Virus record (IMG/VR): IMGVR_UViG_3300020317_000002
Location: 2,436 to 66,435 of that record
Length of the DNA: 64,000 bases
Direction: 5' to 3' (one strand)
Source: a virus
This document shows positions 1 to 9,134 of the stretch, piece by piece (the first letter of the stretch is position 1; each line of letters starts with the position of its first letter). The notes under the pieces were generated by a model that was given only the letters and a program-made list of their open reading frames with translations, made no database searches and was not told the origin of the DNA. Made by a program: the position numbers and the translations under genes.

Positions 1-1
1 T

Positions 2-535
2 GTAAGAGAATGGGCAATGAACCATTTAGAATTTACACCTTCTAATTATCATAAAGGTCAAAGGGCAAATGAAAGATTTATCTTAGATGGAACCAAAGAA
101 AAGTTAGAAGAAATTATAGGAAAACCAATATTCAATTGGAATCATGATAGGTATGCTAATGGAATATTTCAGTTTTGTACAGCAGATCAGCAAATCGTTT
201 ATCATGTAGATAATCAAACATATGCAGCAATGGTATATTTAACACCCGATGCTCCACCTACATCTGGAACTGCGTTCTATAGAAGTAAAGTAACGGGTGA
301 TTATACATTCGATGACGATAAAAGAAAAACCCAATCGTATGTTGACGCATTTACGGGTAATAGTAATGAAATGAATTTTTACGATGGATCTAATTTTGAA
401 AAAATAGATGAAGTAGGAAATGTGTATAATAGATTAGTCTTGTTTAATGCTAAGAATATCCATGCAGCTACACAGTATTTTGGAGATGCAATTGGCAATG
501 CTAGATTTTTTCACATGTTCTTTTTTGACGTATAA
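2..535 (+). CDS. 2OG-Fe(II) oxygenase-like protein (DUF6445-like), 5'-truncated by the window edge
   Basis: Frame is open from position 2 (VREWAMNHL...). It has an HxD motif (YHVD), YAAMVYLTP..GT.FY, and YNRLVLF..K.IHAA carrying the distal His. Confidence 0.75.
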   Translation, partial: VREWAMNHLEFTPSNYHKGQRANERFILDGTKEKLEEIIGKPIFNWNHDRYANGIFQFCTADQQIVYHVDNQTYAAMVYLTPDAPPTSGTAFYRSKVTGDYTFDDDKRKTQSYVDAFTGNSNEMNFYDGSNFEKIDEVGNVYNRLVLFNAKNIHAATQYFGDAIGNARFFHMFFFDV

Positions 536-549
536 AAACAAATATAAAT

Positions 550-2424
550 ATGAAGATTAATATTATTACAAGGTGTACCAGAACAAGTAACCTTTTAACA
601 ATTAAAGAAGGAGTATTAAATGCACCTAAAGGAGTAACAGTAAATTGGCACATTGTATTTGATACAGGAGCGTTAAAGGATATTGACGCAGAGGTTCTCT
701 CTAACTTAACAGATACTAGTAATGTCAAATTACATTTCGTAAAAGGTCAAAGGGGAGGATTATTATATCCAGAAGTTTCTGATATTATTAGAACTATTAA
801 ATCAGGCTGGATCTATTTACTAGATGATGATAACATTATACACGAAGACTTTTACAAAACTATCAAAGCGAGCATATCTAACCTTCCAGCTGCGTTAGTT
901 CATATAGTTTCTCAATTAGTAGCAGGCAGAGATTTTACCGGACAGGAAATTAGAGTTGCTAGTCTTGAAAATACCGCCTTTCAGAAAATTGACATTGCAC
1001 AGATGGTTATTAATAGAAGCATATTCGATACACATTCCTTTAGTGCAAATTACGCAGCGGATGGTTTCTTTATAGAAGAAGTATTAAAAACACATGGTGA
1101 TTCATTTGTGTGGATTAATAAGGTTTTATGCCACTATAATTATTTAGAAAAAGTACCAACTGCAAAAATACCTAAAATACTTTATATAGGAAAAACTAAA
1201 CCGGAATTGAAGTCCATAAAATATTTATCATATGAAGCAGATGAATTAGACGTTAAATATCTAGAAGATGACAGCGAAGTAATAAACACTGTTACATCAT
1301 TTAATCCCGATGCAATCATCACAAATGGAGATTCATGGAAAGATTTTCCTAATCTAGCTTCTCTTCCTCTTCAATTTAGAAAAAAGTGGTTTAATTCAGA
1401 GGACATTGAGAACATAGGAAACGCTGCATATTCTGTAGCAATGAATTCTATTTTATCTCCTTCTAACCTAGAAGATGATCAGATGATTTCATTCTTTACG
1501 CCTATATATAATACTGGCGAAAAATTATGGAACACATACAGATCTGTAAGAGATCAGACATATAGTAATTGGGAATGGGTTTTAGTAAATGATTCTACGG
1601 ACGGAGGTAAAACTTTAAAGATAGCAGAAGAAATTGCGCTAGTAGATCCTCGAGTAAAGGTATATGATTTCAGAGAAAAATCAGGAGGATGTATTGGAGA
1701 ATCTAAATATAGATGCTGCTCTCTTGCTAAAGGATATATTCTAGCAGAATTAGATCATGATGATTTATTAGTTAAAACAAGTGCAGAAGATCTACATAAC
1801 GCTGCACAGGCACACCCTGATTGCGGAATGTTTTACGGAGATACAGCAGAAGTAAATGAAGAGTGGGAAAATCAAAAGTATGGAGAAGGATTTGCATTAG
1901 GATATGGTAGCTATAGAGAAGAAGAATATGAAGGTAGAATGCTGTCACCTGCTAATCAACAAAATATTAATCCAAAAACAATCAGACATATCGTAGGAGT
2001 TCCAAACCATATTAGAGCTTGGAGAAGATCTACTTATTTTGAAATAGGAGGACATAATAGAAGTTTAACAATCGCAGATGATTTTGAATTAGTGATCAGA
2101 AGTTTTCTATATTCTAAGATATGTAAAATACCTAAACTAAGTTATATTCAGTTTCTCTATAATAACTCGGGCGGGAGAAACACCCATGATTTATCAAGAG
2201 CAGATATTCAAAGAAGAGTTAGAACAATAGCACAATATTATAATGAGCAAATAAACGCTAGATTTATTGAGCTGGGAATAGAAGATTGGGCATACGACGA
2301 AAGCCCCGGATATCCAATATCTGCAGAATCAAGATTTGGTGATAAAGAAGGAGTTGCTAATGAAACATATGTTGAAAAATCAGGAGTTGAAAAAAAAGTA
2401 ACTAAATTACAAAAAGTAAAATAA
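550..2424 (+). CDS. Tandem GT2-family glycosyltransferase (two GT-A domains)
   Basis: N-terminal domain has YLLDDDN. C-terminal domain has ISFFTPIYN, EWVLVNDSTD, ELDHDD and DDFELVIR. Confidence 0.85.
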   Translation: MKINIITRCTRTSNLLTIKEGVLNAPKGVTVNWHIVFDTGALKDIDAEVLSNLTDTSNVKLHFVKGQRGGLLYPEVSDIIRTIKSGWIYLLDDDNIIHEDFYKTIKASISNLPAALVHIVSQLVAGRDFTGQEIRVASLENTAFQKIDIAQMVINRSIFDTHSFSANYAADGFFIEEVLKTHGDSFVWINKVLCHYNYLEKVPTAKIPKILYIGKTKPELKSIKYLSYEADELDVKYLEDDSEVINTVTSFNPDAIITNGDSWKDFPNLASLPLQFRKKWFNSEDIENIGNAAYSVAMNSILSPSNLEDDQMISFFTPIYNTGEKLWNTYRSVRDQTYSNWEWVLVNDSTDGGKTLKIAEEIALVDPRVKVYDFREKSGGCIGESKYRCCSLAKGYILAELDHDDLLVKTSAEDLHNAAQAHPDCGMFYGDTAEVNEEWENQKYGEGFALGYGSYREEEYEGRMLSPANQQNINPKTIRHIVGVPNHIRAWRRSTYFEIGGHNRSLTIADDFELVIRSFLYSKICKIPKLSYIQFLYNNSGGRNTHDLSRADIQRRVRTIAQYYNEQINARFIELGIEDWAYDESPGYPISAESRFGDKEGVANETYVEKSGVEKKVTKLQKVK

Positions 2425-2469
2425 TGGGAAATGTCATAATTTTCTGCGTGACAAACGGATAAATAGAAT

Positions 2470-3423
2470 ATGAAGCAGATAAAATCATTCAACCAGTTTA
2501 TTAACGAAAACTTAAACGAAGATACTAATGATCTTTTTAAAGTTTATTTAGCCATTGATCCTGATTCAGGTCACAGATGGTGGTCTTATAAAGGATTTGC
2601 GTCTGATAATTTCTTTATACAAATTAATAAAGATAATTATAAAGACATAGATATTAATCCAGACTATCCTATATTAACCTATAATTCAGGAGTGGTTGAA
2701 ACTCTTTTAAAAGAAGGATTAGTTAAAAAAGAAAATGTATATAATAGACCAGAATTTATTAAGCAATCTGGATCTAAAGCAGAGTTTCATAAAATAGTCG
2801 ATGGAGATGAAAACATTCCACGAACGGCACATGACGAGAAAGAAGCTTTAGAAATTGGTTTTCCATTAATAGCAAAACCCGCTGAAGGACATTCAGGTAT
2901 TGGAATTCAGGTTTTTAAATCTCAGGAAGAATGGGATAAAGCAGATCATTCTAAATTCGATGTATATTCAGAATTCGTAGATAAGAAATCAGAACATAGA
3001 ATAATTAACTTTAAAGGAGATGCTTTCTTTTGGATGGAAAGAGAACCATTAAATGATAAAGCAAAATCAGGTGATGGTGATGGAAAGGAACAAATGAATT
3101 TTAAATATATCAAAAGAGATATTAACACTCTTCCTGGAAAATTTAAAACACTAATAGAAAAGTTTTGTGAAAAGTTTAAGGATTTACCATATATATGTTT
3201 TGATATAATGGAAGATCAAGAAGGAAAGCTGTATATCATAGAAAGTAATTCTCAACCAGGAGTTCCTTATGATTCTACTGTACAGATATATCGTAAAGTC
3301 TTTAAAGATTTTTACGGAAGAGAAGTAAATAAAGACACTGATAAAGTTCTAACAAAATTGTCTAATGATTTAGATAAAAAAACAATAGAACTTGATAGTG
3401 AACGATTCGAAATAAAAGAATAA
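2470..3423 (+). CDS. ATP-grasp ligase, RimK-like, with a capsid-targeting-like N-terminus
   Basis: FPLIAKPAEGHSGIGI, SEFV..EHRI and CFDIMED..LYIIESNSQPG (ExN motif). N-terminus is MKQIKSFNQFINE. Confidence 0.8.
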   Translation: MKQIKSFNQFINENLNEDTNDLFKVYLAIDPDSGHRWWSYKGFASDNFFIQINKDNYKDIDINPDYPILTYNSGVVETLLKEGLVKKENVYNRPEFIKQSGSKAEFHKIVDGDENIPRTAHDEKEALEIGFPLIAKPAEGHSGIGIQVFKSQEEWDKADHSKFDVYSEFVDKKSEHRIINFKGDAFFWMEREPLNDKAKSGDGDGKEQMNFKYIKRDINTLPGKFKTLIEKFCEKFKDLPYICFDIMEDQEGKLYIIESNSQPGVPYDSTVQIYRKVFKDFYGREVNKDTDKVLTKLSNDLDKKTIELDSERFEIKE

Positions 3424-3426
3424 ATT

Positions 3427-3654
3427 ATGGCATATCCTGATATGACTTGTATGCATGTGAACCTATGGGTTCATCACATGGACATTGACAAACTGTTTGA
3501 CTTTATAACAGAAAGAATTAAAGAACCACCTGGCTATTGGATTTCTAGAGAATCCTGCCCTTCTACTATCACAGGAGGATATGCAGAAATTAACGTATCA
3601 TATAACACGTATCTTATGATTAGACGCGTTAAAGAACACGGACACTTTAATTGA
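3427..3654 (+). CDS. Hypothetical protein
   Basis: 75-aa ORF packed directly after the ATP-grasp gene. Confidence 0.6.
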   Translation: MAYPDMTCMHVNLWVHHMDIDKLFDFITERIKEPPGYWISRESCPSTITGGYAEINVSYNTYLMIRRVKEHGHFN

Positions 3655-3663
3655 AACAATTCC

Positions 3664-3689
3664 AAACGGAAGTGTATAGTTAAGTATAA
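3664..3689 (+). promoter_or_regulatory. AAAC-N16-GTATAA promoter (class II); a second near-copy overlaps it at 3654-3679
   Basis: Same motif and spacing as the copies at 4173, 8121, 16847, 17604 and 59701. Confidence 0.6.
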
Positions 3690-3706
3690 TTAATAGACTT
3701 CCAAGT

Positions 3707-4174
3707 ATGAATAGATTATGGTTACGATTTGCACTGTGTATTTACGCAATATTATATACAGCATGCCTGCCACTAATTCTGGGCATAGAGGATAGTTATA
3801 GCGATTATCATCAATTAAAACCAATCTTATTTCCTTTATTAACAATAGGAGTTTCATTCGGATTATGGCTTCATCGTTCGATTGAATGGAAAATACCAGC
3901 ATTCTTATTAATAATCATAGCATGCTTTAGTGTTGCAAATTACCCCACAATACATAACATATCTGCTATTCTATTTTTTATGTCATCGACATGGATCATG
4001 ATCTTTGATAAAAGATTTAAAATCTTTGGAATAATATCCGCAATATTATATCCAACCCTATTTATAAACACTGAGCAAAATCTATTCTTATTTGAAGTGT
4101 TACAGATACCTATTCTTTCCTTTTATCATTTCTCTCGAGTAGTGTACTTGATGAGATTAAAGAAGAAAATATAA
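3707..4174 (+). CDS. Multi-pass membrane protein
   Basis: About 5 hydrophobic segments in 155 aa. Confidence 0.7.
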   Translation: MNRLWLRFALCIYAILYTACLPLILGIEDSYSDYHQLKPILFPLLTIGVSFGLWLHRSIEWKIPAFLLIIIACFSVANYPTIHNISAILFFMSSTWIMIFDKRFKIFGIISAILYPTLFINTEQNLFLFEVLQIPILSFYHFSRVVYLMRLKKKI

Positions 4175-4198
4175 ACAATTACACATATTTGAGTATAA
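4173..4198 (+). promoter_or_regulatory. AAAC-N16-GTATAA promoter (class II)
   Basis: aaac-aattacacatatttga-gtataa at a gene junction. Confidence 0.6.
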
Positions 4199-4203
4199 TC
4201 TAT

Positions 4204-4452
4204 ATGGCAAAGAAGAAAACCAAGCTAGAGATTATTCACGTTAAGAAACCTATTATAGGCGAAACTTACTATTTTTATTTCGCCGGAGGATGGGATGTAG
4301 GTGTATTGGATTGCACTGCAGATAAATTAACAGAGTCCTATGGTCATCGATGGTTTACATTTGTTAATGGAAATTATGGAAGACAGATGAGATATCCAGT
4401 CTCTATTTATAATATTAGAAAAGAAAAACCTAAAAAAGAAAGTAATGTATAG
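4204..4452 (+). CDS. Hypothetical protein
   Basis: ATG at 4204 (MAKKKTKL) preferred over the TTG at 4189, which lies inside the promoter. Confidence 0.65.
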   Translation: MAKKKTKLEIIHVKKPIIGETYYFYFAGGWDVGVLDCTADKLTESYGHRWFTFVNGNYGRQMRYPVSIYNIRKEKPKKESNV

Positions 4453-5188
4453 TATTTCAGATTTAAAAAACATGTTATTTATTGACATTGAAACATCAAC
4501 TGCTGCAAAAGACCTAGACGGTTTTGCAGAGATTATTGGAGAAAATGCATACTCACACTGGGAAAAGAAAGCAAAGTATGGTAGACAAAGTAAATCAGAG
4601 TATGAAGGAGTTTCAGATGCTGATATGTATATCAAGGATGCTGCCCTTTATCCTGAATTTGGAAGAGCAGTAGTTATTACAATCGGGCAAGTCACCTTCC
4701 CAGATGGCATTACACCTACTCCTAAAGTAAAATCTTTTTACGGAGATGATGAAAAGAATACATTAAAGGAATTCATGGATACGATGGCATTAATATTCAA
4801 GAAAAATCCTAAAATTCAAATAGTAGGTCATAATATTAAAGGGTTTGATATGCCTTATTTAATTAAAAGATCCATTATTCAAGGTGTAGAAATTCCACAA
4901 CAATTACACTTACAGAAACTTAAGCCATGGGAGAATTGTCTATTAGACACTAATGAAATATGGAAATTCGGTGGATGGAATGGTGCATCTCTTTCTATGA
5001 TTTGTGATTTATTACAGATACCTTCTCCTAAACAAAATATGTATGGTGGTGAAGTATCAGAAGCGTATTATGCCGGAAGATTAGAGGAAATTAAAGACTA
5101 TTGTGAAGATGATGTTATTGGAACTATGAATGTCTTATTGAAAATGTCAGATATGGAACTAGTATCTAAGGTAGTAGCTCCTTTTTAA
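4445..5188 (+). CDS. DnaQ-like 3'-5' exonuclease related to the PolB exonuclease domain
   Basis: DEDDy motifs FIDIET, GHNIKGFDMPYL and YCEDDV; also SL..IC..L.IPSPK. Confidence 0.85.
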   Translation: MYSISDLKNMLFIDIETSTAAKDLDGFAEIIGENAYSHWEKKAKYGRQSKSEYEGVSDADMYIKDAALYPEFGRAVVITIGQVTFPDGITPTPKVKSFYGDDEKNTLKEFMDTMALIFKKNPKIQIVGHNIKGFDMPYLIKRSIIQGVEIPQQLHLQKLKPWENCLLDTNEIWKFGGWNGASLSMICDLLQIPSPKQNMYGGEVSEAYYAGRLEEIKDYCEDDVIGTMNVLLKMSDMELVSKVVAPF

Positions 5189-5195
5189 TTTAAAC

Positions 5196-5261
5196 TTTTT
5201 TGAAAATAAACAGCTAAAAGTTTTTTTATCTCAGAAATTTTGCTTATATTAGTATAGTAAT
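5196..5261 (+). promoter_or_regulatory. Conserved ~65-bp intergenic repeat, putative early host-RNAP promoter (class I), copy 1
   Basis: AAAATAAA..AAAAGTTTTTTTATCTCAGAwwTTTTGCTTATATTAGTAwAGTA, near-identical at 11831 and 12272. TATATTAG resembles the Bacteroidota -7 element TAnnTTTG. Confidence 0.75.
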
Positions 5262-5276
5262 TAAAAATAAAAAAAT

Positions 5277-5570
5277 ATGTTTGACGACTTTGATGGTTTT
5301 GAAGACCAAAACAACGATGAGCACGATGAAATAGCTCAAATACAAAAAAATGCAGATATGGAAAATAACCTTCATGAACTAAAAGATAAACTAGTTAGAA
5401 ATAACTGGGATATGATTTTAGAAAAAGGAGTTGATTTTAAATCGATGCAAGACAATGGTATCGAAATAGAACCAATTGTCAGAACACTACAACAGATGTT
5501 AGATTGGTTTCAAGAATCTGAAGAGTATGAAAAGTGTGCTCATCTTAAAAAGATTTTAGACAATCAATAA
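5277..5570 (+). CDS. Acidic protein with a C-terminal UvrB/UvrC (UVR)-like motif
   Basis: WFQESEEYEKCAHLKKIL. Confidence 0.7.
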   Translation: MFDDFDGFEDQNNDEHDEIAQIQKNADMENNLHELKDKLVRNNWDMILEKGVDFKSMQDNGIEIEPIVRTLQQMLDWFQESEEYEKCAHLKKILDNQ

Positions 5571-5575
5571 ATACG

Positions 5576-5583
5576 TATAAATA
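5576..5583 (+). promoter_or_regulatory. T4-type late promoter TATAAATA, 4 nt before the ATG at 5588
   Basis: Exact T4 late consensus with the same ATG spacing as the GATATATA sites. Confidence 0.55.
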
Positions 5584-5587
5584 TACT

Positions 5588-5782
5588 ATGGAAGAACAAT
5601 TATTAAAAGTCATTGCGGAGCAACTTACGAGAATTGCAGACCTTATGGAAAATCAACAAAAGAGAGATGTTGTTGAAAAAAGAAAAGGCATTAAAGTCGT
5701 TAAGGAAGCCGTAAAGAAAAGAAAGAATGAATTACTACGAACTGCTGCAGATAGAAAAGACAGCAAGCCAAGCCGAGATTAA
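5588..5782 (+). CDS. Small basic hypothetical protein
   Basis: 64 aa; follows a late motif and overlaps dnaJ by 56 nt. Confidence 0.55.
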   Translation: MEEQLLKVIAEQLTRIADLMENQQKRDVVEKRKGIKVVKEAVKKRKNELLRTAADRKDSKPSRD

Positions 5783-6527
5783 GAAGGCGTATCGTAAACT
5801 AGCAAAGCAATATCATCCTGATATTGCCGAAGGGGATGAATCTTCTTTTAAAGAAATAGTTACGGCATACGAGGTTTTATCTGACGAGAACAGGAAAAGA
5901 AAGTATGATATTGAATTAGGATATAAGTCTTCTGATAATCCGTTTCATAGTTGGTTTCAAAACGGAGAAGGATCTTTTAGTGATATGTTTAATGATGCGT
6001 TTGGTTCCTCTTCAAAGGGAAGAGACGTTACGGTTAGAATGTCAATAACGTTAGAAGAATCTTATCATGGAACTCAAAAGAGAGTAGACATAGGTTCTAA
6101 AAAACTAAACGTTAATATACCTAAAGGAGTTTATGAAGGTATGAAGTTAAAGATTAGTGGGAAAGGTCAACCTCATCCTGCTAATTCATCTGCACCTAAA
6201 GGAGATCTAATCATTATAATTAATTTAAGGCTTGATGATAGGATTATACTACACGGTAATGACATCTACATAGATGCAGATGTTCCCTTCTATGATATGA
6301 TTCTAGGAACAGAAATAGAAATCAATACACCCTTTTATAAAATAAAGGTAAATGTGCCTCCAAATTCACAGAATAATAAGATATTAAGAATAAGTGGTAA
6401 AGGATTCCCGATATATAGTATGAATACTTATGGTAACCTCATGGTGAAATTAAATGCATTTAATCCACCCCTTAAAGATTCACAAATAGACTTAATAAAA
6501 AAAATAAAAGAAATAGACAATGAATGA
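5727..6527 (+). CDS. dnaJ: DnaJ/CbpA-type (class B) co-chaperone
   Basis: J-domain YYELL..IKKAYRKLAKQYHPD..AYEVLSD plus a DnaJ C-terminal domain; no zinc finger. Confidence 0.92.
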   Translation: MNYYELLQIEKTASQAEIKKAYRKLAKQYHPDIAEGDESSFKEIVTAYEVLSDENRKRKYDIELGYKSSDNPFHSWFQNGEGSFSDMFNDAFGSSSKGRDVTVRMSITLEESYHGTQKRVDIGSKKLNVNIPKGVYEGMKLKISGKGQPHPANSSAPKGDLIIIINLRLDDRIILHGNDIYIDADVPFYDMILGTEIEINTPFYKIKVNVPPNSQNNKILRISGKGFPIYSMNTYGNLMVKLNAFNPPLKDSQIDLIKKIKEIDNE

Positions 6528-6825
6528 TTTACCAGATTTTGACGAATGGGATAATTCAGATAACAATAGAGATAATCAAGAATTTGAAATTAGCAACAGC
6601 GTGGAATCGATTGCATTTATTGAACAATTGAAATCATCATCAAAGGAAATCATGATGGAATTAATTTATAAAGCTATAGTTGAAAACGAAATGGGAGCAT
6701 TAAACAACAATACTCCTAAAGAAGAAAAAATAGCAGCACTAGAAACGGTTATCAGATTCTTCATAGAAAAGGAAGAATACGAAAGATGCCATGAACTTAA
6801 AAAAATTCAGAGCAATATATGTTAA
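6520..6825 (+). CDS. Acidic protein with a C-terminal UVR-like motif
   Basis: FFIEKEEYERCHELKKI. Confidence 0.7.
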   Translation: MNDLPDFDEWDNSDNNRDNQEFEISNSVESIAFIEQLKSSSKEIMMELIYKAIVENEMGALNNNTPKEEKIAALETVIRFFIEKEEYERCHELKKIQSNIC

Positions 6826-7016
6826 TAATTAACGTAGACAAGGGAAACATAGAAAAAGCTTTAAAACAATATAAGCGCAAGACCATCAGGACTAAACAGA
6901 TGAAAAAGGTTAGAGATGGTAAACAGTATAATAAGCCTTCCGCAGTAAAGAGGCTCAAGTTTCAAAAGGCTGTATATCTTCAAAAGAAATCTGATGCCGA
7001 GAATCCAGATAAGTAA
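6819..7016 (+). CDS. rpsU: 30S ribosomal protein bS21 (phage-encoded, Bacteroidota-type)
   Basis: MLIINV..GNIEKALKQYKRK....KPSAVKR..QKAVYLQ matches the Flavobacterium bS21 pattern. Confidence 0.92.
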   Translation: MLIINVDKGNIEKALKQYKRKTIRTKQMKKVRDGKQYNKPSAVKRLKFQKAVYLQKKSDAENPDK

Positions 7017-7121
7017 AATATAATAACATATCTTTTTACTTCATTTTACCATATAACTTATCGGAATTAAATATATAACATAGAGATTATTAATATCTCT
7101 GTTAAAAAAACATACTTTGTA

Positions 7122-7379
7122 ATGAAGGAATCTTTTGGTGATGACAAGGACGCATTGATGAGATCAAGCTATTATACTATCACAAGAAATTTTACTAAAA
7201 CCATTAATAGATTTATTGTATTCAGCGAAGGCAAGAATACGATAGAAATACCACATGGAGAAGGGCAAAGAAGCAAGTTCATAGATATTATTATAGAATA
7301 TTTTGAGGAACTTGAGGAGTATGAGAAATGTGATACGTTATTACAGCTTAAAAAAACGGTAATAATGGCAGGAGACTAA
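7122..7379 (+). CDS. Small protein with a C-terminal UVR-like motif
   Basis: YFEELEEYEKCDTLLQLKK; AATATATA late-like motif at 7070. Confidence 0.7.
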   Translation: MKESFGDDKDALMRSSYYTITRNFTKTINRFIVFSEGKNTIEIPHGEGQRSKFIDIIIEYFEELEEYEKCDTLLQLKKTVIMAGD

Positions 7380-7393
7380 AAAAATTAAACTCA

Positions 7394-8122
7394 ATGAGCA
7401 AAAACAATTCAAATAATAATTCTTCATCTAGTTCCGATGGACCTAGAAGAAGAAGATACGGAATAAAAGAAGCAGAATTAAAAGGAGTACAATTAAGACA
7501 ATCCCAAAAGAAATATACAAACACAATACTAGAGAATCAGATAACGTTTTGCACAGGACCAGCTGGAACATCCAAAACATTTACAGCATGTTATACTGCA
7601 CTTCTCCTCTTAGCTAGAAAAGAGATTTCACAAATAGTATTATGTAAACCCATCCAAGAAGCAGGTGAAAAGTTAGGATTTTTACCAGGAGATATCGCAG
7701 ATAAGATAGATCCATTTATGCAATCATACATATCTAACATTACAAAAATAGTAGGAGCTGAAATAGCTCGGACCCTTGTCGAGAAAGAAGTCATCGTATT
7801 TAGGCCAATGGCTTATATGAGAGGTGATACATTTGACGGATCATTAATGGTATTAGATGAAGCACAGAACGCTACATTTAAACAACTAATGTTATTTGTA
7901 ACAAGAATGGGTAAAGACTCTAAAGTTATAGTAACCGGAGACGTTAGTCAGCATGATATATCTAAAGCCAATGTTGGTTTACCTTCATTTACCGAATTAA
8001 TGACAGGTATTAGGGGAATAGGTGTTCATGAATTTACAGAAAAAGATATTGTTAGAGCAAAGATCCTTCAGGAAGTTGTAAAGAGATATGACAAGTGGAA
8101 GGAAAACCACGAGCCTAAATAA
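7394..8122 (+). CDS. phoH: PhoH family ATPase
   Basis: GPAGTSKT, EKLGFLPGD, YMRGDTF, LDEAQN, TRMG, GDVSQHD. Confidence 0.93.
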   Translation: MSKNNSNNNSSSSSDGPRRRRYGIKEAELKGVQLRQSQKKYTNTILENQITFCTGPAGTSKTFTACYTALLLLARKEISQIVLCKPIQEAGEKLGFLPGDIADKIDPFMQSYISNITKIVGAEIARTLVEKEVIVFRPMAYMRGDTFDGSLMVLDEAQNATFKQLMLFVTRMGKDSKVIVTGDVSQHDISKANVGLPSFTELMTGIRGIGVHEFTEKDIVRAKILQEVVKRYDKWKENHEPK

Positions 8123-8146
8123 ACATTTCATGAAATGTGTGTATAA
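8121..8146 (+). promoter_or_regulatory. AAAC-N16-GTATAA promoter (class II)
   Basis: aaac-atttcatgaaatgtgt-gtataa upstream of RNase HII. Confidence 0.6.
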
Positions 8147-8163
8147 CTCCTATAAAACTTAAC

Positions 8164-8793
8164 ATGGAGAAAACAAAACACATCTTACTTAAAGGAAGTT
8201 ATCATGATGATAGAAGTATCGTCGAAGTTGGAATAGATGAAGCGGGCCGAGGTGCCTTAGCAGGACCAGTTACGGTATCTGCAGTTATTATGCCACATGG
8301 ATTTAGTCACCCTTTAATAAAAGATTCTAAATTACTAAACGAATCTCAAAGAAAGGAAGCTAGGGAAATAGTATTAGATAACGCAATTGCGTATAGTGTT
8401 CAACATATAGATATTGAAACAATAGAATCCACTAACATATTAAAGGCTACTCTTTTAGGAATGAAAGAATGTCTAAATACTATTGACAATTCATTTAATT
8501 TTATATTAGTAGATGGAGATCAATTTCATGGTTATGAGGGAATACCCTTTAAAACTGTAATTGGCGGAGATAATAGATATAGTTCTATTGCAGCAGCCTC
8601 TATACTTGCTAAAACAAGTAGAGATATGTTAATGAAAGAATTAGATGAAGAAACTCCAGGATATGGATGGAATTCTAATAAAGGATATGGAACTAAACAA
8701 CATATAACTGCAATAAAGGAAATAGGAGCTAGTGACGTACACCGCCCTTCCTTTATATCACATCTATTAACTACTACCAATTCATTATTCTAA
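8164..8793 (+). CDS. rnhB: Ribonuclease HII
   Basis: GIDEAGRGALAGPV, DSKLL, ILVDG, SIAAASILAK, NKGYGTKQH. The ATG at 8164 lies downstream of the promoter. Confidence 0.93.
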   Translation: MEKTKHILLKGSYHDDRSIVEVGIDEAGRGALAGPVTVSAVIMPHGFSHPLIKDSKLLNESQRKEAREIVLDNAIAYSVQHIDIETIESTNILKATLLGMKECLNTIDNSFNFILVDGDQFHGYEGIPFKTVIGGDNRYSSIAAASILAKTSRDMLMKELDEETPGYGWNSNKGYGTKQHITAIKEIGASDVHRPSFISHLLTTTNSLF

Positions 8794-9134
8794 TGAAACT
8801 TTTTTACGGCTTTTTATTATTTCTCCTAGGGCAAGGACTTATTTGGATTCAAACTAATGGACAATTCGTATGGCCTTGGTTTAAGAAAAACCCATGGCCG
8901 GTTGCCATCGGAATGGGTTCTATTATTAGTTACATTTTAATCAGAGCAACGCAGATGGTTGTTGAGCACTTTGATGGTTTACTTTGGCCTGGAAGATTTA
9001 TAGGTTTCGCTAGTGGTATTCTTATATTTACTGCTATGACTTATTACTTCATGAATGAAGGTATCACGGCGAAGACCGGAGTGTCTCTCTTATTAACCCT
9101 TATTTTAATATCGATTCAAATACTATGGAAATAA
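8793..9134 (+). CDS. Small 4-TM membrane protein (DMT/SMR-like)
   Basis: Four hydrophobic helices in 113 aa, with a YYFMNEGI..K loop typical of DMT proteins. Confidence 0.6.
   Translation: MKLFYGFLLFLLGQGLIWIQTNGQFVWPWFKKNPWPVAIGMGSIISYILIRATQMVVEHFDGLLWPGRFIGFASGILIFTAMTYYFMNEGITAKTGVSLLLTLILISIQILWK

Noticed and set aside
2424-2462. 12-codon mini-ORF (MGNVIIFCVTNG) between the GT and ATP-grasp genes
   Set aside because: Too short, has no features, and overlaps the late promoter; probably chance.
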